This document shows positions 40,707 to 49,957 of a stretch of 64,000 nucleotides of DNA, piece by piece. Source of the DNA: an uncultured Bacillaceae bacterium (GTDB taxonomy: Bacteria; Bacillota; Bacilli; Bacillales; Caldibacillaceae); NCBI GenBank assembly GCA_937934645.1, contig CALGYZ010000023.1:27905-91904 (forward strand), in the 5' to 3' direction. The notes beneath the pieces were generated by a model. That model saw only the letters and a program-made list of their open reading frames with translations, was not told where the DNA came from and did not search any database. Position 1 is the first letter of the stretch; each line of letters begins with the position of its first letter. The translations under genes and the position numbers were made by a program.

Positions 40707-42077
40707 TTACTTTTTATATTTCTTTAAGCGCTCTTCCAATTCTTTTCTTTTCCTTTCAAAATCAGGGTCTTGTCCGTCCTTTTCCAGAGGTTTGTCCCGG
40801 TTTTCCAGCCATTCCGGCACCTTCTCGGAACGAACTGGCTGGAATCTTTTTCCGGCACGCTGTTTTTTGCTTTTTTGCCATTCGGTATATTGCCGGTGCT
40901 CTTTTTTGGCCAGTTCCATGGCTTCCTTTACGGTTTTCACTTTTTTCCTCGCCCAATGGGAAGCAATTTTTTCGGCGAACGCTTTGGACAACTTCATATC
41001 CGTCCGTAACATACAATAATGAATGAGGACATTAACCACTCCTGGCGGAAGTTTCTGATTAATCATAATATCTTCAACGAGACGTAAGTCGCTTGCCGCT
41101 GGCTCCGAGCCTTCCGATAAATCTGCAAGAACCTGCCGCGGGCTGACCGTTTCCAAATAGCGGATCAACCGCTCTTCTTTCGTTTTTGGCACATCGATTT
41201 CCGACTGGTAAATCGGACTCTGGGTCCGGTCAACAAGCTGCGGCAACGATTGGTAATGTTCAATTTGGTACCAGTCACGCGCCGCTTTACGCAATTTTTC
41301 AATATCAATTTCGTTTGTATCCGTAATACATGACAGTACGATGTTTTTCATTTGGATGGCATCAATGCCGTACAAAAATGATAATTTCAAAATGGCTTCT
41401 CTAACTTCTTTTGTGATTGCCCGTTTCGGAACGATTGCTTCATCCAACCCCGCCATAAACAACTCGAAATCAAAATAGTCGGATGATATTGTTACGGGCG
41501 CAGCTTCCTCTCTGTGCGGATAAACAGCAGTTTCTTCTTCCGGATCATGAATCTCCGTGTAAGGTATGGCACTGGACGAACGGAATACTTGCTGGAACGG
41601 TTTCGTTATATTCTTGAATCCGTCCATATCCACAGCCGTATCGGCAAACTCTTTTTTCAAACGGTTATAATATTCCCGGCCGACTTTTTGGTATAAATAA
41701 ATATTCAGTAACCCGTCGGAAAAAAAGCGTGCCGGGGACAGGGGTGGTTTCAGTTTATATAAAAATAGCCTCGGGTCCTGATCATTTTTCACATAAGACT
41801 CCATCAACCCGATCGCTTCTAATTTTTGTCTTGCCCGGTAAATATCTGCCAAACTTAAATTAAGCAAATTCATTATATAGTAATGGGAAACCGGTTTGGA
41901 CTTCAACCGTTTTTTTTCAACTTGATGACGCAAAGTCATGTACATGCTGATGCAAACCGGACCGATTAAAGGCTGGTACAAAAACATCAGCACCCTTGAA
42001 TCATCTTCGTTCGGCGGACCGTCAACAACTACGGTATACTGATCTGCCGGTATAATTTCTTTCCAATGTAGTTCCAT
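40707..42077 (-). CDS. dnaB: replication initiation and membrane attachment protein DnaB (Firmicute DnaB/DnaD family)
   Basis: 456 aa, immediately upstream of dnaI. YQPLIGPVCISMYMTL N-terminal winged-helix-like region and DnaD-like repeat (ASHWARKKVKTVKEAMELAKKEH). Confidence 0.88.
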   Translation of the reverse strand: MELHWKEIIPADQYTVVVDGPPNEDDSRVLMFLYQPLIGPVCISMYMTLRHQVEKKRLKSKPVSHYYIMNLLNLSLADIYRARQKLEAIGLMESYVKNDQDPRLFLYKLKPPLSPARFFSDGLLNIYLYQKVGREYYNRLKKEFADTAVDMDGFKNITKPFQQVFRSSSAIPYTEIHDPEEETAVYPHREEAAPVTISSDYFDFELFMAGLDEAIVPKRAITKEVREAILKLSFLYGIDAIQMKNIVLSCITDTNEIDIEKLRKAARDWYQIEHYQSLPQLVDRTQSPIYQSEIDVPKTKEERLIRYLETVSPRQVLADLSEGSEPAASDLRLVEDIMINQKLPPGVVNVLIHYCMLRTDMKLSKAFAEKIASHWARKKVKTVKEAMELAKKEHRQYTEWQKSKKQRAGKRFQPVRSEKVPEWLENRDKPLEKDGQDPDFERKRKELEERLKKYKK

Positions 42078-42100
42078 ACTAAAACCTCAAATCTTCGCTG

Positions 42101-42568
42101 TTATGATTTTTTCTTTTCCTGTTTTAATATTTCTTTCAATTCTTCAAGAAATACGTTAATATCTTTGAACTGACGGTAGACTGATGCAAAACGCACATAG
42201 GCGACTTCATCAATTTCTTTTAACTTATCCATGACCATCTCACCGATTGTTTCACTTTTTACTTCCGACAATCCGAGGTTTCTTAGTTCCCGTTCAATTT
42301 CCATGGTAATGTTTTCCAGTTGTTCCATACTAACCGGACGCTTTTCGCAAGCTTTAATAATACCCCGCAAGATTTTATCCCTGCTGAATTCTTCCCTTGT
42401 TCCTTCTTTCTTGATCACCATCAGCGGATATTCTTCAATCCTTTCGAAAGTTGTAAACCGGTATCCACATGATTCACATTCCCGGCGCCGTCGGATGGAA
42501 CTTGCTTCTTCAACAGGTCTTGAATCAATGACTCGCGTTCCGATATATTTACATGATGGACATTTCAC
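42101..42568 (-). CDS. nrdR: transcriptional repressor NrdR
   Basis: (V)[17 protein letters not shown]...[12 protein letters not shown] zinc ribbon plus ATP-cone. Start re-set to GTG 42568 (SD GGAGGG 9 nt upstream). Confidence 0.93.
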   Translation of the reverse strand: MKCPSCKYIGTRVIDSRPVEEASSIRRRRECESCGYRFTTFERIEEYPLMVIKKEGTREEFSRDKILRGIIKACEKRPVSMEQLENITMEIERELRNLGLSEVKSETIGEMVMDKLKEIDEVAYVRFASVYRQFKDINVFLEELKEILKQEKKKS

Positions 42569-42713
42569 TTTTTCAAACCCTCCGTCAACGTTAGTCAATG
42601 TACTGTAATCTACCCTAGTCTTATATTACTATATTTCCCCGCTATAAAAAAAGAAGATGTTATCCCGGTGTTTTCACGCGATTACGCGATTCCAGACAGT
42701 TGTGATCAATAAT

Positions 42714-42776
42714 GAAAACAAAAAAACTATCTAGCGCGTAAACGAAATCGTTTACTTGAAACACTAGATAGTTTTT
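42714..42776 (-). terminator. intrinsic terminator after gapB
   Basis: 12-bp outer stem AAAACTATCTAG/CTAGATAGTTTT with inner stem GTAAACG/CGTTTAC. Followed on the minus strand by TTTTTTTGTTTTC. Confidence 0.8.
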
Positions 42777-42812
42777 GAAAGCTTTTCAAAAAACTTTTCG
42801 TCTTGTCCGTTT

Positions 42813-43841
42813 TTATCTGACAGCGGCCACTTCTTTGCTCATTTCTTTGGCAACAATTTTTACCAGATCAACTACACGGCAAGAGTAGCCCCACTCATTA
42901 TCATACCAAGCCAGTACTTTTACTTTGTTTCCCTCTAAAACCATGGTCGAAAGACCGTCGATCACGGATGAACGTTCATCAGTAGTAAAATCAATGGAAA
43001 CCAGCGGTTCGTTAGTGATACCGAGAATTCCTTTCAACTCATTTTCCGCAGCTTCTTTAAAAGCTTCGTTTACCTCTTCGGCTGTAACTTCCTTTTTCAA
43101 ATCTACGACTAAATCAACAAGTGAAACATTCGGAGTCGGTACACGTAATGCAATACCGTGCAATTTTCCGTTTAAGTGCGGCAATACTTTGCCGATCGCC
43201 TTCGCAGCCCCGGTTGTTGTCGGTATAATTGACTGTCCGCAAGCCCGGGCACGGCGCAGATCTTTGTGAGGGTTGTCAATATTTTTCTGATCGTTTGTAT
43301 ACGCATGCACCGTTGTCATAAACCCGCTTTCGACTCCGAATTTTTCATCCAATACTTTGACAACCGGCGCAAGGCAGTTTGTTGTACAGGAAGCATTGGA
43401 AATGATGTCATGTTTCTCTAGTTCAAGTTCATGATCATTAACGCCGACAACGATTGTTACATCTTCATTTTTACCCGGAGCCGTCAAAATCACCTTTTTC
43501 GCACCGGCTTTTAAATGCAGCTGGGCTTTTTCACGGGCATTAAATTTTCCTGTTGCTTCAATAACGATATCTATATCCAAATCTTTCCATGGCAATTGTT
43601 CCGGATTACGGTTATTTGTCAGAATAACCTTTTTTCCATTTACGATTAAGCAATTTTCCCCTGCTTGTACATCACCGGAAAATTTCCCGTGAATGGAATC
43701 ATATTTCACTAAATGGGCCAGAGTTTCCGCAGGATAACTAGCATTGACCGCTACAATTTCAAAATCGTCCATCAAAATTGCCCGGCGGAAAACCATGCGG
43801 CCGATTCTCCCAAATCCGTTAATAGCCACTCGTTTAACCAT
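42813..43841 (-). CDS. gapB: glyceraldehyde-3-phosphate dehydrogenase (gluconeogenic GapB type by position)
   Basis: MVKRVAINGFGRIGRMVFR, catalytic ASCTTNCLAP, 342 aa. Located between coaE and nrdR as B. subtilis gapB is. Confidence 0.92.
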   Translation of the reverse strand: MVKRVAINGFGRIGRMVFRRAILMDDFEIVAVNASYPAETLAHLVKYDSIHGKFSGDVQAGENCLIVNGKKVILTNNRNPEQLPWKDLDIDIVIEATGKFNAREKAQLHLKAGAKKVILTAPGKNEDVTIVVGVNDHELELEKHDIISNASCTTNCLAPVVKVLDEKFGVESGFMTTVHAYTNDQKNIDNPHKDLRRARACGQSIIPTTTGAAKAIGKVLPHLNGKLHGIALRVPTPNVSLVDLVVDLKKEVTAEEVNEAFKEAAENELKGILGITNEPLVSIDFTTDERSSVIDGLSTMVLEGNKVKVLAWYDNEWGYSCRVVDLVKIVAKEMSKEVAAVR

Positions 43842-43969
43842 TATAAAAGATGCCCCCTCATTCCTATAATAAATAAATTACCCTTAATTAGTATAACATA
43901 TTATATGAATTATGAGCATACATATTGCCATTTTTAACATAAAAAACTCATTTTCCGCACTTTCATTAC

Positions 43970-44036
43970 TAAAAAAGGCTGTCCATATAAGATTCAGTCA
44001 TTCTGAAATATATGAATGACAGAGCCTGATCATGAA
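43970..44036 (-). terminator. intrinsic terminator after coaE
   Basis: Minus strand GGCTCTGTC...GACAGCC with inner stem GTCATTC/GAATGAC, followed by TTTTTT. Confidence 0.55.
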
Positions 44037-44052
44037 CAGCTTGGCGATAAAT

Positions 44053-44655
44053 TTATTCAATTATATGCCAACTTTTCAAAACAGATATTAATTGCCGTTT
44101 TGTTTCATCCAGCGTGCCGCAATTATCAATGACCGCATCCGCCATTTTCTTTTTTTCCTCTATGGACATTTGGGAATAGATCCTCGCTTCAGCCTCTTCT
44201 TTTGTAAAGCCGTTTCTTTCCATTAACCGTTCCAACTGGGTTTGCTCATCCGTATATACCACAATAACTTTATGGACCATGTAGGTCAGTTTGCTTTCAT
44301 ATAGTAAAGGAATATCGAGAAAAACAGCTTTTTCGCCTCTTTTGACGGCTTCTTCTTTCTCGTTGTTCATTCTTTTTCTCACAGCTGGATGGACAATGCT
44401 GTTTAATTTTAAACGCTGTTCCTGGTCGTTAAAAACAATATCCCCTAATTTTTTTCTATTGATCCGGCCATCGGGCAATAATATTTCTTCCCCGAAGTGC
44501 CGGACAATTTCATGATAAGCTTCCTCCCCCGGTTCAACAACTGCCCGGGCGGCGATATCGGCGTCAATGACCGTAAAGCCGAGTTCTTTAATCATGTTTG
44601 AAACAGTGCTTTTTCCCGTAGCAATACTTCCGGTAATTCCGATGATTTGCGTCAC
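44053..44655 (-). CDS. coaE: dephospho-CoA kinase
   Basis: (V)TQIIGITGSIATGKSTV P-loop. Start re-set to GTG 44655 (SD GGTGGAGG 8 nt upstream). The ORF-track ATG 44691 would overlap ytaF. Confidence 0.9.
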   Translation of the reverse strand: MTQIIGITGSIATGKSTVSNMIKELGFTVIDADIAARAVVEPGEEAYHEIVRHFGEEILLPDGRINRKKLGDIVFNDQEQRLKLNSIVHPAVRKRMNNEKEEAVKRGEKAVFLDIPLLYESKLTYMVHKVIVVYTDEQTQLERLMERNGFTKEEAEARIYSQMSIEEKKKMADAVIDNCGTLDETKRQLISVLKSWHIIE

Positions 44656-44678
44656 TGTGTTTACCTCCACCGTCTGGA

Positions 44679-45320
44679 CTACATTCTCCATAATCCGATG
44701 ATGATTAACAGCAGGCCCGGCAGAAAAGAAAGCTTTTTCATCCGCCGGTTAAAAGCGGGATTCCTACCGCACTTTAATCCGAGAGCGGCTAAACAGGAAC
44801 TCATGATTCCGACGGATACTGCTAGAAGAAACGGGGGGATCCCGAGAAAGAAAGCACCAATCCCCGCCCCGAAAGCATCAAGAGATAAAGCGGCCCCCAG
44901 CAATAAAGCTTCCAGCCCGCTGATATCGCCGGACTTGTCTAAATCGGCGGTCAACGGTTTTCTTAAAATATGAATGACAATCCCCAGTGATCGGAATTCA
45001 AATTTCAGCAAAGTATAATCCCCGCTTTTTTCCAGACCGAACTTTTTGTGTACGGATGACCGGAAAAACTGGATTAAAGCCCAGAGCCCTAAAATTATCA
45101 ATATGGAGCCGCCAATTTTTCCTGCCGCCTCCGGTGACAGAGTCCTGCTGATATATTTTCCGACTAAAGCAGCCGCAAGCAGGGCCGTGGCAGAACAAAG
45201 CGCAATGATAAAAATCGTTTGCAGCGGAATTTTTATATTTCTTAAACCGTAAGCCAGTCCGGCGGAAAAGCAGTCGACGCTTACGGCAAATGCAAGCAAA
45301 AATACCGGCAAAAATTCCAT
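44679..45320 (-). CDS. ytaF: sporulation membrane protein YtaF (MntP/DUF204-like)
   Basis: MEFLPVFLLAFAVSVDCFSAGLAYGLRNIKIP... with a repeated ...LSLDAFGAGIG half. Start re-set to ATG 45320 (SD GGGAGGAG). Confidence 0.82.
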   Translation of the reverse strand: MEFLPVFLLAFAVSVDCFSAGLAYGLRNIKIPLQTIFIIALCSATALLAAALVGKYISRTLSPEAAGKIGGSILIILGLWALIQFFRSSVHKKFGLEKSGDYTLLKFEFRSLGIVIHILRKPLTADLDKSGDISGLEALLLGAALSLDAFGAGIGAFFLGIPPFLLAVSVGIMSSCLAALGLKCGRNPAFNRRMKKLSFLPGLLLIIIGLWRM

Positions 45321-45394
45321 AAACAGCTCCTCCCGAAAAAAATCCTGTCTTATTTTATGAAAGGAGCTGTTATTCAGTGCGGAGTGTGTCCGGA

Positions 45395-46219
45395 TTAAAC
45401 CTGGCATTGGGGGCAAAAATGAGTTCCCCTGCCGGCGATCTTCCGCTTTTCAATCGGACTTCCGCAACATTTACAAGCTTGTCCTTCCCTGCCGTATGCA
45501 TTTAAATTTAATTGAAACATTCCGATTTCGCCCATGGAATTAACATAGGAGCGGATTGTCGTACCGCCCATTTCCACCGCTTCCCCGAGAGTTGCGATGA
45601 TTTCCCGGTGCAGCGTTGTAATCTCTTTTTTTGTTAATGATTGTGCCGGCCTTTCCGGATGAATCCCGGCCCGGTATAAAGATTCATCAGCGTAAATATT
45701 TCCGATTCCTGCCACAACCGTTTGGTCCAAAAGGACAGACTTAATGATTCTTTTTGTTTTCCCCAATTTTTCTGCAAAATAAGAAAGGGAAAAATCACCG
45801 GAAAACGGTTCAGGCCCCAGCTTGCTGAGGGGGAGACGGCTTTCTTCCGTTCCCGCTTCAAATACATGCATCGTTCCAAATTTACGGACGTCGCGGTATC
45901 TCAACTCCATTCCGCCGGCAAACGAAAAAACAACATGGGTATGTTTATCAGCCGGGCTGTTTTCCGGAAATATGCCATATTTTCCTTCCATCCGTAAATG
46001 ACTGACAAGAGTAACTTCATCCATATAAAAAAGTAAAAACTTTCCCCGTCTCCCCATGCGTCGGATTCTTTGCCCGGTCAGGAGACGCTTAAATTCCTCC
46101 AAATCTTTTGGATATTGGACGATTTTCGGCCAATGTACCGAAACGCCGGTAATCGTTTTACCGGTAACGAGTGATTCAAGAGTCCGTTTGATTGTTTCAA
46201 CTTCCGGGAGCTCCGGCAT
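45395..46219 (-). CDS. mutM: formamidopyrimidine-DNA glycosylase
   Basis: MPELPEVETIKRTL N-terminus and C-terminal zinc finger CKCCGSPIEKRKIAGRGTHFCPQCQ. 274 aa. Confidence 0.95.
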   Translation of the reverse strand: MPELPEVETIKRTLESLVTGKTITGVSVHWPKIVQYPKDLEEFKRLLTGQRIRRMGRRGKFLLFYMDEVTLVSHLRMEGKYGIFPENSPADKHTHVVFSFAGGMELRYRDVRKFGTMHVFEAGTEESRLPLSKLGPEPFSGDFSLSYFAEKLGKTKRIIKSVLLDQTVVAGIGNIYADESLYRAGIHPERPAQSLTKKEITTLHREIIATLGEAVEMGGTTIRSYVNSMGEIGMFQLNLNAYGREGQACKCCGSPIEKRKIAGRGTHFCPQCQV

Positions 46220-46236
46220 AAAATCCCCTTTCTAAA

Positions 46237-48867
46237 TTATTTAGCGTCAAACCAGGTTTTTCCGTAAGCATACTCCACTTTCAGCGGCACGTTTAATTTT
46301 GCCGCATTTTCCATCACGTCAGGCACGATTTCCTTTAACCGGTCAATTTCTTCTTCCGGTGCTTCAAAAATCAATTCGTCATGAACCTGAAGCAGCAGAC
46401 GGGCCTGAAGCTTTTCTTCCTCCAAACGCCTGGACATATCGATCATCGCCTTTTTAATAATATCGGCTGCACTTCCCTGTATCGGGGTGTTCATCGCCGT
46501 ACGCTCGGCAAAACTCCGGACGTTGTAATTCCGACTTGTAATTTCCGGAATATAACGTCTTCTGTTTAGTAAAGTCGTTACATATCCTTGTTGTTTTGCC
46601 AGCTGTACAATTTCCTCCATATATTCTTTTACCTGCGGATAGCTCTTAAAATAACGTTCGATAAATTCTCCGGCTTCTTTCCGCGAAATACCCAGGTTTT
46701 GCGACAGACCGTAATCGCTGATTCCGTATATAATACCGAAATTAACCGCTTTTGCCTGCCGCCGCATTTCCGGGGTAACTTCGTCCGGTCCGACGTGAAA
46801 TACGTCCATTGCCGTTTTCGTATGAATATCCATATCCTGCATAAATGCTTCAATTAATCTTTCATCACCGGAAATGTGGGCAAGTACCCTTAATTCAATC
46901 TGCGAATAATCCGCTGCAAAAATGACCCAGCCATCTTCTGACGGGACAAACGCTTGGCGGATTTTCCTTCCCTCTTCCATGCGGATCGGAATGTTTTGCA
47001 AGTTCGGTTCTGTTGAACTGAGTCTGCCTGTTTGTGTCAATGCCTGATTGAATCTTGTATGAACTTTGCCCGTTTCCGGGTGGACCAGCTTAAGCAATCC
47101 TTCAATATATGTCGATTGTAATTTGCCCAACTGGCGGTAGTGAAGGATTAAATCGACAATTTCATGTTTTGATTGTAATTTCTCGAGAACCGCTGCGGAT
47201 GTGGAATAACCCGTTTTAGTCTTTTTAATGACCGGAAGTCCGAGCTTTTCAAATAAAATTACGCCCAATTGTTTCGGCGAATTTATGTTAAACTTTTCTC
47301 CCGCTGCATCATAAATTTTTTCTTCAATTTCCATTAACCTTTGTTTCAACTCATTACCCATATTGTTCAGACGGGCAGTATCCAGCTTGACGCCGGTAAT
47401 TTCCATTTTTGCCAAAATAAATGCAAGCGGCATTTCCAAATCGGTTAACAATTCATTTTGTTCGTTTTCCTTTAACCGGGAAATTAACGCATCCTTTAAT
47501 TCATATATCGCCCGCGCTTTTCTGACAACATGTTCAGCCCGTTCTTCGTCTGTTAAAGGTGAACGTTTCACTCCTTTTCCGTAGATGGCATCATCCGGCT
47601 GAACCTGATGATAATCGTGGGCTTTCGCCACATCGCTGAGATCTTTAACCGATTCCGACGGATTCAGCAAATAAGAAGCCAGGAGCAGATCAAAATCAAT
47701 TCCTTTTACATCGATTTGATATTTTTGCAGGGCGACAACCGTCCGTTTAGCATCGTACACCGATTTCTTCATCGATTCGTTTTCCAGCCAGTTTTTAAAC
47801 TCCTGCGAACGGACGGCCATATGTACGGGAATATAATAGTTTCCGGATTCGTTAACCAGTCCGAACCCCAGGATCGGGGACGTGTGGTAATTATCTTCAA
47901 TAATTTCAACATAAAATGCAGTATGGTTCTGCAGCAGTTGATTGTCAATCTCTTCCACAAACGTATACTCAAGCGGCTGCATTGTTTCTTCTTTTACTAC
48001 AACGGACGGATCCATTTTTTCTAGAAGCGACTTAAACCCGAGTTCTTTATATAAATCCACTAATTGTTCAATATTTTTACCTGCATATTTTATATCATCA
48101 ACGGTAATGTCAACTGGGGCTTCCCTGTGGATCGTTGCCAGCTCTTTACTCATCAATGCCTGATCTTTATATTCCGTTAAATTTTCTTTCAGTTTTTTCC
48201 CGCTCACCTGATCAATGGATTCCAGTAGTTTTTCCACTGTTTCAAATTGTTTTAAAAGTTTGATGGCCGTTTTCTCCCCGACTCCCGGCACACCCGGAAT
48301 ATTGTCGCTCTGGTCCCCCATGAGCCCTTTCATGTCTATGATTTGCCGCGGGGTAATTCCGTATTTTTCCATTATATGTTCCGGTGTATAAGTCTCAATA
48401 TCCGTTACCCCTTTTCTTGTCACAAGGACGGATGTTTTTTCCGAAGCCAGTTGGGTTAAGTCCTTATCGCCGGATACGATCCGTACTTCCAGTCCCTTTT
48501 CCTCGGCTTCTTTGGACAACGTTCCGATAATATCATCGGCTTCATAATTTTCCAGCTCATATTGGGCAATACCGAATGCCTCCAGCAATTTCCAGATATA
48601 AGGAAATTGCTCTGACAATTCAGGCGGTGTTTTTTCCCTGCCGCCTTTGTATTCTTTATACGTTTCATGACGGAACGTTGTCTTGCCTGCATCAAAGGCA
48701 ACCAGCACATGCGTGGGTTTTTCTTCTTCAATAATTTTTTCCAGCATCATGGCAAAACCGTAAATGGCATTTGTATAAATTCCTTTGTCATTATTCAACA
48801 GCGGTAAAGCGAAAAACGCACGATACGCCACGCTGTTTCCGTCAATTAATACAACTTTTTTTCCCAC
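46237..48867 (-). CDS. polA: DNA polymerase I
   Basis: 5'-nuclease region VVLIDGNSVAYRAFFA. Pol motifs DYSQIELRVLAH, RRQAKAVNFGIIYG and QVHDEL. Start re-set to GTG 48867 (SD GGGGG 7 nt upstream), giving 876 aa. Confidence 0.95.
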   Translation of the reverse strand: MGKKVVLIDGNSVAYRAFFALPLLNNDKGIYTNAIYGFAMMLEKIIEEEKPTHVLVAFDAGKTTFRHETYKEYKGGREKTPPELSEQFPYIWKLLEAFGIAQYELENYEADDIIGTLSKEAEEKGLEVRIVSGDKDLTQLASEKTSVLVTRKGVTDIETYTPEHIMEKYGITPRQIIDMKGLMGDQSDNIPGVPGVGEKTAIKLLKQFETVEKLLESIDQVSGKKLKENLTEYKDQALMSKELATIHREAPVDITVDDIKYAGKNIEQLVDLYKELGFKSLLEKMDPSVVVKEETMQPLEYTFVEEIDNQLLQNHTAFYVEIIEDNYHTSPILGFGLVNESGNYYIPVHMAVRSQEFKNWLENESMKKSVYDAKRTVVALQKYQIDVKGIDFDLLLASYLLNPSESVKDLSDVAKAHDYHQVQPDDAIYGKGVKRSPLTDEERAEHVVRKARAIYELKDALISRLKENEQNELLTDLEMPLAFILAKMEITGVKLDTARLNNMGNELKQRLMEIEEKIYDAAGEKFNINSPKQLGVILFEKLGLPVIKKTKTGYSTSAAVLEKLQSKHEIVDLILHYRQLGKLQSTYIEGLLKLVHPETGKVHTRFNQALTQTGRLSSTEPNLQNIPIRMEEGRKIRQAFVPSEDGWVIFAADYSQIELRVLAHISGDERLIEAFMQDMDIHTKTAMDVFHVGPDEVTPEMRRQAKAVNFGIIYGISDYGLSQNLGISRKEAGEFIERYFKSYPQVKEYMEEIVQLAKQQGYVTTLLNRRRYIPEITSRNYNVRSFAERTAMNTPIQGSAADIIKKAMIDMSRRLEEEKLQARLLLQVHDELIFEAPEEEIDRLKEIVPDVMENAAKLNVPLKVEYAYGKTWFDAK

Positions 48868-48944
48868 AATATAACCCCCAATTATAAAATCATGTTCCAC
48901 GGGTTTTACGGACATTTTTCCGGACAACTTTTTCCATTTTTTCG

Positions 48945-49003
48945 ATAAAAAAGCCGTCTTCCTCTCCTTATTCTATCACGGAATAAAAGGAAATGGAAAA
49001 CGG
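48945..49003 (-). terminator. intrinsic terminator after hflC
   Basis: Minus strand CCGTTTTCC...GGAAGACGG (one G-U pair; inner stem TTATTC/GAATAA), followed by CTTTTTTATCG. Confidence 0.6.
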
Positions 49004-49024
49004 CCGGATTTTACAAATACCGGT

Positions 49025-49957
49025 TTACTCAATATAACCTTGAAGCAATCTCGCATAAGGTGAGTCAGAAGGCAATATAATGACCGTTTCATCATCGATT
49101 GTCTGCTTGTAGGATTCCAGTGTCCGGAACAAACCAAAAAATTCAGGATCCTTTGAAAAAGCTTCGTTATATATTTTTGCCGCTTCTCCTTCACCCTCAG
49201 CTCGGATTTCTTCCGCATCGGCTTTTGCTTTGGAAAGCATCTCCTGTACTTGACGGTCTGTTTCCGCCATTATTTTATTTTTTTCAGCATCCCCCTGGGA
49301 CAAATAATCTTGTGCTGTTGATTCACGTTCACTAATCATGCGTGTATACACTGATTTTTCGTTTTCAGACGGCAAGTCCGTCCTTTTAATCCGGACATCG
49401 ATAACTTCTACACCGTATTTGTCATTTTTCAACAATTCATTCACTTGTTCGGTTACCCGGTCATTCAAGCTTCCTCTTGATGATTTTTCATCATTAATGA
49501 TTTCGTCATAATTGAGTCTCCCAAGCTCAGAGCGGATGACAGAATATATGAACTCTTCCATTCTCGCTTCTGCGCTTTCCACCGTCCGTGCATTCGTAAT
49601 TAAATCTTCCGGATTGACAATTTTCCAAACAGCATAATTGTCGATAATCATCCGTTTTTTATCCTTCGTATTGATTTCTGATTCTTTTACATCCAGAGTC
49701 ATTTGATATTTCGGAAGTGTTGTAACGGTTTGGATAAACGGGATTTTAAAATGAATACCCGGTTTGTCAATGACCCGTTTCACTTCCCCGAACTGCCTGA
49801 CGATTTTATATTCCCCTTCTTTGACGATAAAAATATTTGCGAGAAGCAAAAAGCTGATCAGAATTAGCAGTAAAATAAATAGTCCGGTTTTGACCCATTT
49901 CCGATACGGCATGTCCCGTCTCAGTTCATCCATATCAATGACTTTGCCGTTACTCAT
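49025..49957 (-). CDS. hflC: SPFH/Band-7 protein, HflC-like
   Basis: MSNGKVIDMDELRRDMPYRKWVKTGLFILLLILISFLLLANIFIVKEGEYKIVRQFGEV... has one N-terminal TM, an SPFH core and a coiled-coil tail. ATG 49957 overlaps the hflK stop (ATGAGTAA). The ORF-track start 50026 is rejected. Confidence 0.8.
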   Translation of the reverse strand: MSNGKVIDMDELRRDMPYRKWVKTGLFILLLILISFLLLANIFIVKEGEYKIVRQFGEVKRVIDKPGIHFKIPFIQTVTTLPKYQMTLDVKESEINTKDKKRMIIDNYAVWKIVNPEDLITNARTVESAEARMEEFIYSVIRSELGRLNYDEIINDEKSSRGSLNDRVTEQVNELLKNDKYGVEVIDVRIKRTDLPSENEKSVYTRMISERESTAQDYLSQGDAEKNKIMAETDRQVQEMLSKAKADAEEIRAEGEGEAAKIYNEAFSKDPEFFGLFRTLESYKQTIDDETVIILPSDSPYARLLQGYIE

